Assembly (NCBI RefSeq): GCF_001194135.2
Contig: NC_068982.1
Span: 62,621,614-62,673,677, forward strand
DNA from: Octopus bimaculoides
Lineage: Eukaryota
Length of the DNA: 52,064 nucleotides
Reading direction: 5' to 3'
Shown here piece after piece: positions 26,362 to 37,576 of the stretch. The notes beneath the pieces were generated by a model. The model had not been told where the DNA came from and searched no databases. It saw only the letters and a program-made list of their open reading frames with translations. Position 1 is the first letter of the stretch. Each line of letters starts with the position of its first letter. Both the position numbers and the translations under genes were made by a program.

Positions 26362-26744
26362 GGAGGCGCAATGGCCCAGTGGTTAGGGCAGCGGATTCGC
26401 GGTCATAAGATCGTGGTTTCGATTCCCAGACCGGGCGCTGTGAGTATTTATTGAGCGAAAACACCTAAAGCTCCACAAGGCTCCGGCAGAGGATGGTGGC
26501 GAACCCTGCTGTACTCTTTCACCACAACTTTCTCTTGCTCTTACTTCCTGTTTCTGATGCGCCTGTAATTCAAAGGGTCAGCCTTGTCACACTGTGTCAC
26601 GCTGAATATCCCCGAGAACTACGTTAAGGGTACACGTGTCTGCGGAGTGCTCAGCCACTTGCACGTTAATTTCACGAGCAGGCTGTTCCGTTGATCGGAT
26701 CAACTGGAACCCTCGACGTTGTAAGCGACGGGATGCCAACAACA
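26362..26744 (+). mobile_element. SINE family C, right arm, with a 12-bp target-site duplication
   Basis: A box tggcccagtgg and B box ggtttcgattccc; ataattactgca at both 26350-26361 and 26745-26756. Confidence 0.88.
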
Positions 26745-27017
26745 ATAATTACTGCACTATAGATTGTTGTAACAGAACATCCATGTTTTAGTGGAGATAA
26801 ATTTTAGCTCGTCTGAATCGAAGTTGGTTAACAGATTTATAAGAATTCTCAATTCTTATAAATCGATACAGATAAGTTTAGTGCACTCTATAAAAATGAA
26901 GAAACTCATGTATTTTCTGTTGTATATTTTCTTGTGCTTAGTGACTATTCGATCAGTAAATGTAAACCGGTAGAGATTAGGGATTTATGGCGTTAACGTC
27001 TCAAGGATGTCATATAT

Positions 27018-27220
27018 CTTTTACCTTTTTAATCTTTTGTTTCGGTCATTGGACAGCGGCCATGCTTGGGCACCGTCTTAAGTTGAACTTCTGTTTCAAG
27101 TCTGAAACTTATTCTATCCGTCTCTTTTGGCGAAACGCAAAACTACCGGGATGTAAACAAAACAATACTGGTTGTCAAATGGTGGCGGTGGTCGGATAAA
27201 CGCAAATACACTGACGCACG

Positions 27221-27289
<69 letters not shown>

Positions 27290-27430
27290 GATTGGCTTCC
27301 ACACAATTTCTGTTATCCAAATCTATTCACAAAGCGTTAGTCTGTCCGGATCTAAAGTAGAAGACAATTGCCCAAGGTGCTGCGAACTGGAACTGAAGTC
27401 GAAATGATGTGGTTGCAAATAGAGCTTCCA
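27018..27430 (-). mobile_element. SINE family A, diverged copy with internal (CA)n
   Basis: Both halves are recognisable around a (CA)n tract. Confidence 0.65.
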
Positions 27431-27556
27431 AATCATTGATAAGTAAACGGTTTATAGCTTTTTAGTTTTCATACTGCACGAAAATTTCTCCGAAGAACCA
27501 GCTCATTGTCTTCATGCTATTTTATAGGTTACAGATATCATTACCAATTTATATCA

Positions 27557-27624
27557 TGGCTATATTAAAATGTGGCTATATTAAAATGGCTATATCAAAA
27601 TGGCTATATTAAAATGTGCTATTT
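27557..27624. repeat. Short tandem repeat (TGGCTATATTAAAA[TG]), about 4.5 copies
   Basis: Directly visible 14-16 bp units. Confidence 0.9.
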
Positions 27625-28698
27625 GGTGAACAACAAGTTTTAATTATCAATCAAAAGAAATATATGATTAATATATAACATGTAAAATGAAGAAATAAAC
27701 CTTTCAAAAAATAATTATAAAACTTAACATATATTGAATACGTGAAATATTATGAATGCCTGCTTGTATCAATGTTTAGTTCAACTTATTTTTGTTCTAA
27801 TTTTAAATTCAGCAGGGATCGAGTTTGCCCTTCATCTTACTTTCAAATAAGTGCCAATAAATAGTAGTTGTTCACTGTATGATTTCTAATATTGAAACTC
27901 CTATCCATTAATAATAATAATAATGTATATTGAATAGATTAATCAAAAGAAAAGCCAATTGCATGTGTATGTTATCTGCCATGATTTTATAGATTCGAGT
28001 GAAGCTGATATGAGGAAAGAGCTGTCAGCTGCACCAAACCAGATACTGCACAGTGTCTAGTCTCTTCCATTTTCTATTATAAAACTATAAAAAAACCCAG
28101 CACATTCTCATGACCATTGCCAACAACATCGACATCAACTTAATGACAACAACAACATCAACACCAATAAAAGACCAACCAAATGGTTGCTAAACATATA
28201 TTACAACCCGGTCATTGAGCCATGGATGAAGACAGAAACGTAAATCAGAATGTGTATTTCATCCAGATACGACGAATGATCCTGTTTAATATTTATCAAG
28301 TTAAAATTGCATCAAAAGCACACTTGTGTTCCATGTCAGTGATAATTCCTATTTAATCTAGATTATCGACACACTGCGCTCTAATGGAATTAACCAGTCT
28401 GTTGGTTTTGTTACCATCAGTGAAATATCGAATTTACTGCCTACTTGCAACTGATGCAGTAGATAAGTGTGAATACTGAATGAGAATGAAAAACAAAAAA
28501 TAAATATAAAAATAAATTGATAAATCAATATCAATATATTTGACGTGGTTGTGTGGGACAGAGACTTCCATGTACGATAAAAACCTTTACTACTCTCAAT
28601 ACGAATACTTTAATCATTGTAATAATATCCATGTATATATGAATCCACACTCCCTAACTACAAAACCATTGTTTTAATTTATGCGTGGATATGATATA

Positions 28699-28737
<39 letters not shown>

Positions 28738-29270
28738 NNNNNNNNNNNNNNNNNNNNNNNNNNNNNNNNNNNNNNNNNNNNNNNNNNNNNNNNNNNNNNN
28801 NNNNNNNNNNNNNNNNNNNNNNNNNNNNNNNNNNNNNNNNNNNNNNNNNNNNNNNNNNNNNNNNNNNNNNNNNNNNNNNNNNNNNNNNNNNNNNNNNNNN
28901 NNNNNNNNNNNNNNNNNNNNNNNNNNNNNNNNNNNNNNNNNNNNNNNNNNNNNNNNNNNNNNNNNNNNNNNNNNNNNNNNNNNNNNNNNNNNNNNNNNNN
29001 NNNNNNNNNNNNNNNNNNNNNNNNNNNNNNNNNNNNNNNNNNNNNNNNNNNNNNNNNNNNNNNNNNNNNNNNNNNNNNNNNNNNNNNNNNNNNNNNNNNN
29101 NNNNNNNNNNNNNNNNNNNNNNNNNNNNNNNNNNNNNNNNNNNNNNNNNNNNNNNNNNNNNNNNNNNNNNNNNNNNNNNNNNNNNNNNNNNNNNNNNNNN
29201 NNNNNNNNNNNNNNNNNNNNNNNNNNNNNNNNNNNNNNNNNNNNNNNNNNNNNNNNNNNNNNNNNTATAT

Positions 29271-29324
<54 letters not shown>

Positions 29325-30957
29325 TGATAGATAGATAGATAATGGAGATTAAAAGTATAAACAACTGGTATGAGGACTTTGTAACATTTATATATTTGAA
29401 CATGAGGGTAGAATTATTACAGTATAGATCACAAGAGGTTGATAAAAAATCAGCTGAGGAATGTTCATAAGGGTTAAGGTATATATTACAGTTATATATT
29501 AAGTCAGAATTCTTGCTACTAGGTAATCCTGGTCATCGTAGACAGAATCCAAAGATGGATGAGAAGAAAAGAGGAAGGAAAAACGTGTGCAAATAGTCTC
29601 TTACAGCTGTTTCAAGAACAGATGCAAAGGTGGTACATTCCCTGCAAACGATCGGCAGCGAATGTTTAAGTTGCGAACTATTCCATCGGACGATGGATTG
29701 GATCGCAACTATTTGTATAATGCACGCTATAGCATCAATCAGGCACCGCACTTTTGCAACGACTGTCATGATTTTATGAAGGTCTAACATTTTTCTTCTC
29801 AGTTATATCTATGTAACATCTTGATTTGATACTATATATAACTACTTATTCATCTGTTATCGTTTTGTTACATATATAAATGCATGTATATATACATGGT
29901 TATTGGTATATATATATACATATACACAGGAGCAAGGGACAGCAATCAATGCACACTAGCTAACTGCCCCATCCGTGACACAGATTTATGCANNNNNNNN
30001 NNNNNNNNNNNNNNNNNNNNNNNNNNNNNNNNNNNNNNNNNNNNNNNNNNNNNNNNNNNNNNNNNNNNNNNNNNNNNNNNNNNNNNNNNNNNNNNNNNNN
30101 NNNNNNNNNNNNNNNNNNNNNNNNNNNNNNNNNNNNNNNNNNNNNNNNNNNNNNNNNNNNNNNNNNNNNNNNNNNNNNNNNNNNNNNNNNNNNNNNNNNN
30201 NNNNNNNNNNNNNNNNNNNNNNNNNNNNNNNNNNNNNNNNNNNNNNNNNNNNNNNNNNNNNNNNNNNNNNNNNNNNNNNNNNNNNNNNNNNNNNNNNNNN
30301 NNNNNNNNNNNNNNNNNNNNNNNNNNNNNNNNNNNNNNNNNNNNNNNNNNNNNNNNNNNNNNNNNNNNNNNNNNNNNNNNNNNNNNNNNNNNNNNNNNNN
30401 NNNNNNNNNNNNNNNNNNNNNNNNNNNNNNNNNNNNNNNNNNNNNNNNNNNNNNNNNNNNNNNNNNNNNNNNNNNNNNNNNNNNNNNNNNNNNNNNNNNN
30501 NNNNNNNNNNNNNNNNNNNNNNNNNNNNNNNNNNNNNNNNNNNNNNNNNNNNNNNNNNNNNNNNNNNNNNNNNNNNNNNNNNNNNNNNNNNNNNNNNNNN
30601 NNNNNNNNNNNNNNNNNNNNNNNNNNNNNNNNNNNNNNNNNNNNNNNNNNNNNNNNNNNNNNNNNNNNNNNNNNNNNNNNNNNNNNNNNNNNNNNNNNNN
30701 NNNNNNNNNNNNNNNNNNNNNNNNNNNNNNNNNNNNNNNNNNNNNNNNNNNNNNNNNNNNNNNNNNNNNNNNNNNNNNNNNNNNNNNNNNNNNNNNNNNN
30801 NNNNNNNNNNNNNNNNNNNNNNNNNNNNNNNNNNNNNNNNNNNNNNNNNNNNNNNNNNNNNNNNNNNNNNNNNNNNNNNNNNNNNNNNNNNNNNNNNNNN
30901 NNNNNNNNNNNNNNNNNNNNNNNNNNNNNNNNNNNNNNNNNNNNNNNNNNNNNNNNN

Positions 30958-30999
<42 letters not shown>

Positions 31000-31004
31000 C
31001 ATAT

Positions 31005-31660
31005 ACACAGGAGCAAGGGACAGCAATCAATGCACACTAGCTAACTGCCCCATCCGTGACACAGATTTATGCAAACGGGTAAATGTTGTGTATAGGATAC
31101 AATGTAGCAAATGCAACAAGTTCTATGTGGTGGGTAGCACAACAAGATCGTTACACAATTGCATCAAAGAACATCTGAACACAAGAGCTTCCTCCTTCAG
31201 AAAACATCTAGACAGATGCCGGAACACCCGACAAAAGCATAACAGTCACAATTGAGGCCATTGAAAGAAATTTGGGTAATCTAAGAATTAAGGAAGCTAT
31301 CCTCATAGACATAGCTATCCCAAATTAACAACAAGCTGGAAGTTGGCAATCAATGTATTATTTAGCTACATCTGAATGCGTGTAGGTTCATTTCTGATAA
31401 CATGTTCATGTATTATAAAAACAGAAAAGAAACTGCGTGTATAATACATAACTTAGAAGCAGCGCTGCGGATGTACCAACACACATGAGCTTAAGACATG
31501 GCCGCCCTCACGCACTTCTCATGAGGAATTCAGGAAGGGGCTTCGTGAGATCACTGCAGAAACGCTTCCGAAAAAGAAATTTCAGTAACCGTTGGAAAAC
31601 CGATTAAATACTAACGTTATCTGAAGAAGGAATTTTTATATTCCGAAATATATTATATCT
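31005..31660 (+). mobile_element. Penelope-like element 3' fragment: GIY-YIG endonuclease plus terminal (pLTR-like) region
   Basis: CTLANCPIRDTDLCKRVNVVYRIQCSKCNKFYVVGSTTRSLHNCIKEH shows the PLE CxxxxC..VVY.I.C..C..YVG.T.R.L..R..EH pattern. A frameshifted IEA.E.N..NL.IKEAILI follows, then hammerhead-like motifs. Confidence 0.85.
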
Positions 31661-31976
31661 GACTATAGATAATTAAATTGCAACAGTTATAGTCCGCTCT
31701 GCATTGTTGTACCATTCAAGACACGTTATATTTAATATATATATATATATCAAAGGCATTGGTATCTAGAAAACCCAAAAAGTGTCAGGTAACGCTAAGT
31801 AAGTGCTATAGGCAGACCGTAAGACTATATCTATAATGCTATATCTCTTCTCTTATAAATATCCTGAAAACTCCTCACAGCCTCGGCTTTTTTAATCCCT
31901 TTTTGTCTTATATATATATATATTAATTATGAAAGGGTAAAATTAATTAATTATTCAATCAATTAATTAATAATTT

Positions 31977-32010
<34 letters not shown>

Positions 32011-32627
32011 TATATATATNNNNNNNNNNNNNNNNNNNNNNNNNNNNNNNNNNNNNNNNNNNNNNNNNNNNNNNNNNNNNNNNNNNNNNNNNNNNNNNNN
32101 NNNNNNNNNNNNNNNNNNNNNNNNNNNNNNNNNNNNNNNNNNNNNNNNNNNNNNNNNNNNNNNNNNNNNNNNNNNNNNNNNNNNNNNNNNNNNNNNNNNN
32201 NNNNNNNNNNNNNNNNNNNNNNNNNNNNNNNNNNNNNNNNNNNNNNNNNNNNNNNNNNNNNNNNNNNNNNNNNNNNNNNNNNNNNNNNNNNNNNNNNNNN
32301 NNNNNNNNNNNNNNNNNNNNNNNNNNNNNNNNNNNNNNNNNNNNNNNNNNNNNNNNNNNNNNNNNNNNNNNNNNNNNNNNNNNNNNNNNNNNNNNNNNNN
32401 NNNNNNNNNNNNNNNNNNNNNNNNNNNNNNNNNNNNNNNNNNNNNNNNNNNNNNNNNNNNNNNNNNNNNNNNNNNNNNNNNNNNNNNNNNNNNNNNNNNN
32501 NNNNNNNNNNNNNNNNNNNNNNNNNNNNNNNNNNNNNNNNNNTATATATATAAAGAACTGTGAATAAAAAGAAATTATACGAAAATCAAATTCTAATGAG
32601 TAGGTATTGTAACATCTGTTATTTTAC

Positions 32628-32865
32628 CTGGCTTAAAGAGAACAATTGCTTTGAGACAAGCAAATTCGGCTGGATCTACCTGGATCGCTTTGAAACGTGC
32701 AAGAATTTCCTGTAAGATTCGAACGTCTGCAATTGTCGACGTTTTACCATTGACTATCTGTGAAGGATCAGAGACTACAAACAATGGGGACGTTTCTAAA
32801 GGTAAAGACCATTGAATGGCGCAGAGTAGAAACAGTTCTGTCCATGCCTCTTCCAAAAGTATAAC
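32628..32865 (-). CDS. NR2E3: NR2E3/PNR LBD exon: VILLEEAWTELFLLCAIQWSLPLETSPLFVVSDPSQIVNGKTSTIADVRILQEILARFKAIQVDPAEFACLKAIVLFKP(E)
   Basis: Acceptor ttgcag|GTT and donor CCAG|gtaaaa; 238 bp, phase 0 to phase 1. Matches the NR2E LBD VILLEEAW.ELFLL.AIQWSLPL ... VDP.EFAC.KA.VLFKP. Confidence 0.95.
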
Positions 32866-33090
32866 CTGCAACGAGGAACACAAGAGTATGGTTATATCTA
32901 ATCCTTGCAAATGAACAATAAAAAATAACAACAAAATAGCAATAACTCAAAAAGGCAGAAGGGCAGGAGTTCCCACGAAATTGGCTGTAACTACTTGATT
33001 TAAACGTCTTCACATGTATGACTGACTAAACACTATGAAACTCCATATAGAAACAATTTATAATTAAATAAATGTTTTAGCAATGAAATA

Positions 33091-33127
<37 letters not shown>

Positions 33128-33365
33128 ATACACAGAGTCTCACACACATACTTACACACACAGTTGCATAATGTATACATACTGTATACACAACATGCTT
33201 GAATATTGTGCATATGTATATGTGTATGTACAAATAGATAAAACCGTTAAATGCAGTACTTCAACGCGGGAACAGCCAATAATACATATCTATAAAATAG
33301 TANNNNNNNNNNNNNNNNNNNNNNNNNNNNNNNNNNNNNNNNNNNNNNNNNNNNNNNNNNNNNNN

Positions 33366-33402
<37 letters not shown>

Positions 33403-33772
33403 AAACTGGGTGATAATGGGCATTTAAAATCCCGTATATCATCATCGGCGTGTACGTGCACAAGTGTGTTTTTGTGTGTATTATCTCTGCTGAAAATAGT
33501 TCAATCGAAGTGAGCTACTTTTCATCGTGTGATGCATTAAGGTCTGGTAAGAGTCTTGTAAAAACTTCTACATACAAAGAGCTCCATTGCCATAGCGAAG
33601 TGACAATAATAAAAGAGCTGTTGATGATTCTAGCATTGAACAGTGTTACTGAAACCATAAATCTCAGTCCTGAAAGATTAATATTTGTGATTTCTAAGGG
33701 TAGCGGGGAGGGGGTCACATTTTCAGTAGGAAGTTTACTAGACGCAGTCTAGTCAAACAAAGCGAAACAAAC

Positions 33773-34017
33773 CTGATCCCGGAACGGGAGATTGGCAAAT
33801 GATGGTAAATTTTTGGCCCATTTTACTGCCATAAAGAGAAGTCTGGCTGAACATTCGTTTATGGTTTCTTGTTGGCTTGGATAGAGGGACGCTGCTTCTG
33901 GGTAGGTTGGTTGCTGTGAGGGCTGCTGTACAGGTGGTTCCGGTGGTGGAGGAGCATGTGTCACATGGTGTTCGGGTTGATGATCAACGCTAGTGACGTC
34001 AATGTTTTCTTCCTGAA
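33773..34017 (-). CDS. NR2E3: NR2E3/PNR exon, hinge end to LBD helix 3: (V)[81 protein letters not shown]
   Basis: Acceptor tttgctatttcag|TT completes the upstream G as GTT (Val); donor GATCAG|gtttgt; 245 bp, phase 1 to phase 0. ENIDVT and [23 protein letters not shown] are characteristic of NR2E3/Hr51. Confidence 0.95.
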
Positions 34018-34963
34018 CTGAAATAGCAAAAATAGACACGCCTGAATTATATCACCGAAATAGTGACGTGAAGTAAGCATTTTAACACATTTTTATATCA
34101 TTGAGAATACGTCAGGTACAAAATAACGACCATGATAACATTTATGTCGTTATTTGCAAAAGGAGCAGTATTAGAATAAAATAGCAATCTATGTATTATT
34201 CTTAACGTAAATTAAGTATTGAAAGGCAAATTTGCTGCGGTGTATGTCTAGAGATATAATTTCTTATGAAGATACTGTTTATAAAAATACAATATATTTT
34301 GAAGGGAAACGAAAATCGTCTCAGCAATGGCTAGTGACAACATCATGTGCATTTCTGCCTCGTTGGGCGTTTTAAATAGCGTGTATTAACAGCCAACAAC
34401 ATATTTAGATCAAATTTCTCGTCACTATTATAGAAGTAAACAGTGAATCAGCATTCACTGATATAGTGTACAGCCGCCCGGCTCTTTAACCAGAAGCAGT
34501 ATTAGATTTAAATAACCATCGATGTATTATACCTAATATAAATACATTGTTCAAGGCAGATTTACTGTGATATTGGTCCAGAGATAAAATCTTTTATGGA
34601 CGTAGTGTGTTGAGAAAAAAATCGTCCATGCAGTGAAAACGTCAGGTACAACAGTTACTTATTGTTAACTAACCTAAGCCCAGTTCTAAAGGAGCGTTTC
34701 TATGATGAAACATATCACTGTTGCGATCATCCCATTTTCTTTATTTATCTAGTACTACCTTCATTTTTAAAGACGGTAGGTCATGATCTGCAGGATATCT
34801 AGTAGCTATTACAGCACCTCAAGTGATCTTTTACAGATTTTCTCAATAGTTTGTATTTCAACTGTTTGTTCCATGTGCTAAAGTGCATTTAACAGCTTTT
34901 ATTTTGATAGAGTGCCATATACATCCTTTGTCAGAAACCTGCACTAAATTGTATGCATGCATG

Positions 34964-34996
<33 letters not shown>

Positions 34997-34997
34997 T

Positions 34998-35385
34998 ATC
35001 AATCAGTTTCATTTCTGTATTTCTTGTCAATAGAGAAAGAGCCGGACTCTAACATAGATTCAAGGCTCCTTCATTGGAACTTTTATCAACATCATCTAGT
35101 TATTTGTGCATATGTGTGTGTGTGCAGTATTTGGTGTTAGTGTATGCGCAGATTTGTATGTTTGTTTTATGGATGCGTTTTTATGTATATATGTTCATGT
35201 CTAGATGCATGCATATGTATTTATGTGCTAAAGTTTTCGAAAGTTTTACATATCTTTACAGTTCCATTGATGGCTTGAATCTTTAGTCTTCTAATCAGCC
35301 TTTTTCTTTCAGGTTTTGAGAACCCTAATTTTTCCAGGTTTTTGTTGAGGCAGTTCGTTACATATCCCAATGCCCCAACAATCAC
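34998..35385 (-). mobile_element. RLE non-LTR 3' end, copy 4, in a PNR intron, with (CATA)n on both sides
   Basis: VIVGALGYVTNCLNK/.LEKLGFSKPERKRLIRRLKIQAINGTVKICKTFENFST*, followed by a 3' UTR resembling that of copy 1. Confidence 0.8.
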
Positions 35386-36149
35386 GTATGTATGTATGTA
35401 TGTATGTATGTATGTATGTATGTATGTATGTATGTATGTATTGTGTGTATGTTATGTTATCGTCCTTTTTTCCGTTTCTTGTCTGTTGTTGGATTTCCGC
35501 TTGCTTGTGTTCTTTCTGTTCTACCCTTGATGTGTATGTATGTATATATACATATATGATTATCGGTTATAGGCCTTTAATATCAGATGGTCGCATCAAT
35601 AAGATGAATGTAAATGCAGAACCTGCGCTAGATACAAGATGGACTCTGAGTAAAAGAAATAGACATGGATGCGCAGGCGCTTAAACACACATTCAAATAT
35701 TAGACTAAGGTCACTGTCGATCATTTTTAGTTGATCATATATCTGAATGTGTAACTTTCTTCTCCAATATGTGAACTCAGTTATTTTGTGGAAGACTATA
35801 AGTCGCTCATGCATACAAGACTTCTGTCTCCAAGCCAACAATGCTGGCCAAGGGTTAAGGACAACATATCTTGGGGCCATTGTCGTTAGCACCATTGCCG
35901 TTCGAACACAGAAAGCCGGAGCAGATACTGCAAACCATTTCACCCGTCAATCTAATAGTTCTACCAACGGTGAAGAGCAACGTTGAGATCGGTAAAATTT
36001 CAACTCCATGTGCAGGGAGTTAGAATAATTGCATATGGACATTATATACTACGCTCTAACGTCTACCAATTCGACAGCTAAAATATTAGATTATCCACAC
36101 ACACACACACGCACACACACACATACAAACACACACACGCATGCACACA

Positions 36150-36188
<39 letters not shown>

Positions 36189-36808
36189 GAGAACGCACGC
36201 ACTCAGATACACACATACACTTGTGTAAAATGGATGCATGAATATTTTTCTTCTGATTATGATTTTTTTAGAACTTTCACACGAATACAGAGTGAGGCCG
36301 GTTCTTAACCGAGAAGCAAAGCTCATTTGGAAAGTAAGACAACACCAACTGGATAGTGATGTATGTATGACACTATGCGTGTATCTGCGAGTGTATGCAG
36401 GTCTGTATCCCCATANNNNNNNNNNNNNNNNNNNNNNNNNNNNNNNNNNNNNNNNNNNNNNNNNNNNNNNNNNNNNNNNNNNNNNNNNNNNNNNNNNNNN
36501 NNNNNNNNNNNNNNNNNNNNNNNNNNNNNNNNNNNNNNNNNNNNNNNNNNNNNNNNNNNNNNNNNNNNNNNNNNNNNNNNNNNNNNNNNNNNNNNNNNTC
36601 GAACACAGAAAGCCGGAGCAGATACTGCAAACCATTTCACCCGTCAATCTAATAGTTCTACCAACGGTGAAGAGCAACGTTGAGATCGGTAAAATTTCAA
36701 CTCCATGTGCAGGGAGTTAGAATAATTGCATATGGACATTATATACTACGCTCTAACGTCTACCAATTCGACAGCTAAAATATTAGATTATCCACACACA
36801 CACACACG

Positions 36809-36846
<38 letters not shown>

Positions 36847-36854
36847 CATATATA

Positions 36855-37019
36855 CGACGGGCTTCTTTCAGTTTCCGTCTACCAAATCCATTCACAAGGC
36901 TTTGGTCGGCCCCAGGCTATAGTAGAAGACGCTTGCCCAAGATGCCACGCAGTGGGACTGAACCCAAAACTATGTGGTTGCTAGGCAAGCTACTTACCAC
37001 CCAGCCACTTCTGCGCCTA
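36855..37019 (-). mobile_element. SINE family A, 5' half
   Basis: Reverse complement of the head up to the internal microsatellite. Confidence 0.78.
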
Positions 37020-37124
37020 TGCATATGCATGTGTAGAAGAATGCATTTTATTCACAGTATGTGCACATCAGTATATTTTGACTTATATATGTGTACATAC
37101 ACATATGCCAGTATTTCTATACGC

Positions 37125-37467
37125 CTGTATTTGTACATGTTACGGCATGTACTTGAGCAACAGTTTACTTATTTACACAGTTTCGTAAATGGTGTATGAC
37201 TGTTCTAATTTAATTAGCTGTGTACTTTTTGGTTTTATGAATCTCGGCTTCTCAAGAAATGTTTTGCTCTAGTTAATTACATTACAAAAATACACCAAAA
37301 AATTAAAGGCAGAAATCTAAAATTTTAGCCTGGCTGGAATACCTACTGATTTCTCAAGTTCTACATAGATTTCTTATTCTTTATCTTTAACATTATATTA
37401 ACAACCATTGGACAACTGATTTTCCTACAGTGCTCAGTTTCTTTTTCTTAGTCCAGGATACCTAGCC
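37125..37467 (-). mobile_element. Highly degenerate RLE non-LTR fragment, copy 5
   Basis: Minus strand resembles the same region (atcctggactaagaaaaagaaactg...aatcagttgtccaatggttgttaatataatgttaaagataaag = I.D.E.K...ISCP..VNI.LKI); many stops. Confidence 0.5.
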
Positions 37468-37544
37468 TATATGTATACATTGTATGTGTGAATATATGCG
37501 TATGCATGCATGTATATATGTGTGTATGTACGTATATATGTATA

Positions 37545-37576
<32 letters not shown>

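Noticed and set aside
26362-26435. tRNA-like sequence (A and B boxes)
   Set aside because: It is a SINE head: no complete cloverleaf acceptor stem, and it continues into a repeat body with a TSD.
29909-31072. ~85-bp direct repeat at 29909-29992 and 30988-31072 (looks like an LTR or duplication)
   Set aside because: The copies sit exactly at the two contig ends flanking an N-gap; most likely an unmerged overlap artefact.
34012-34017. Alternative acceptor 5 nt downstream (cag|ttcag|)
   Set aside because: It would shift the frame relative to the phase-1 upstream exon; the first AG is the compatible one.
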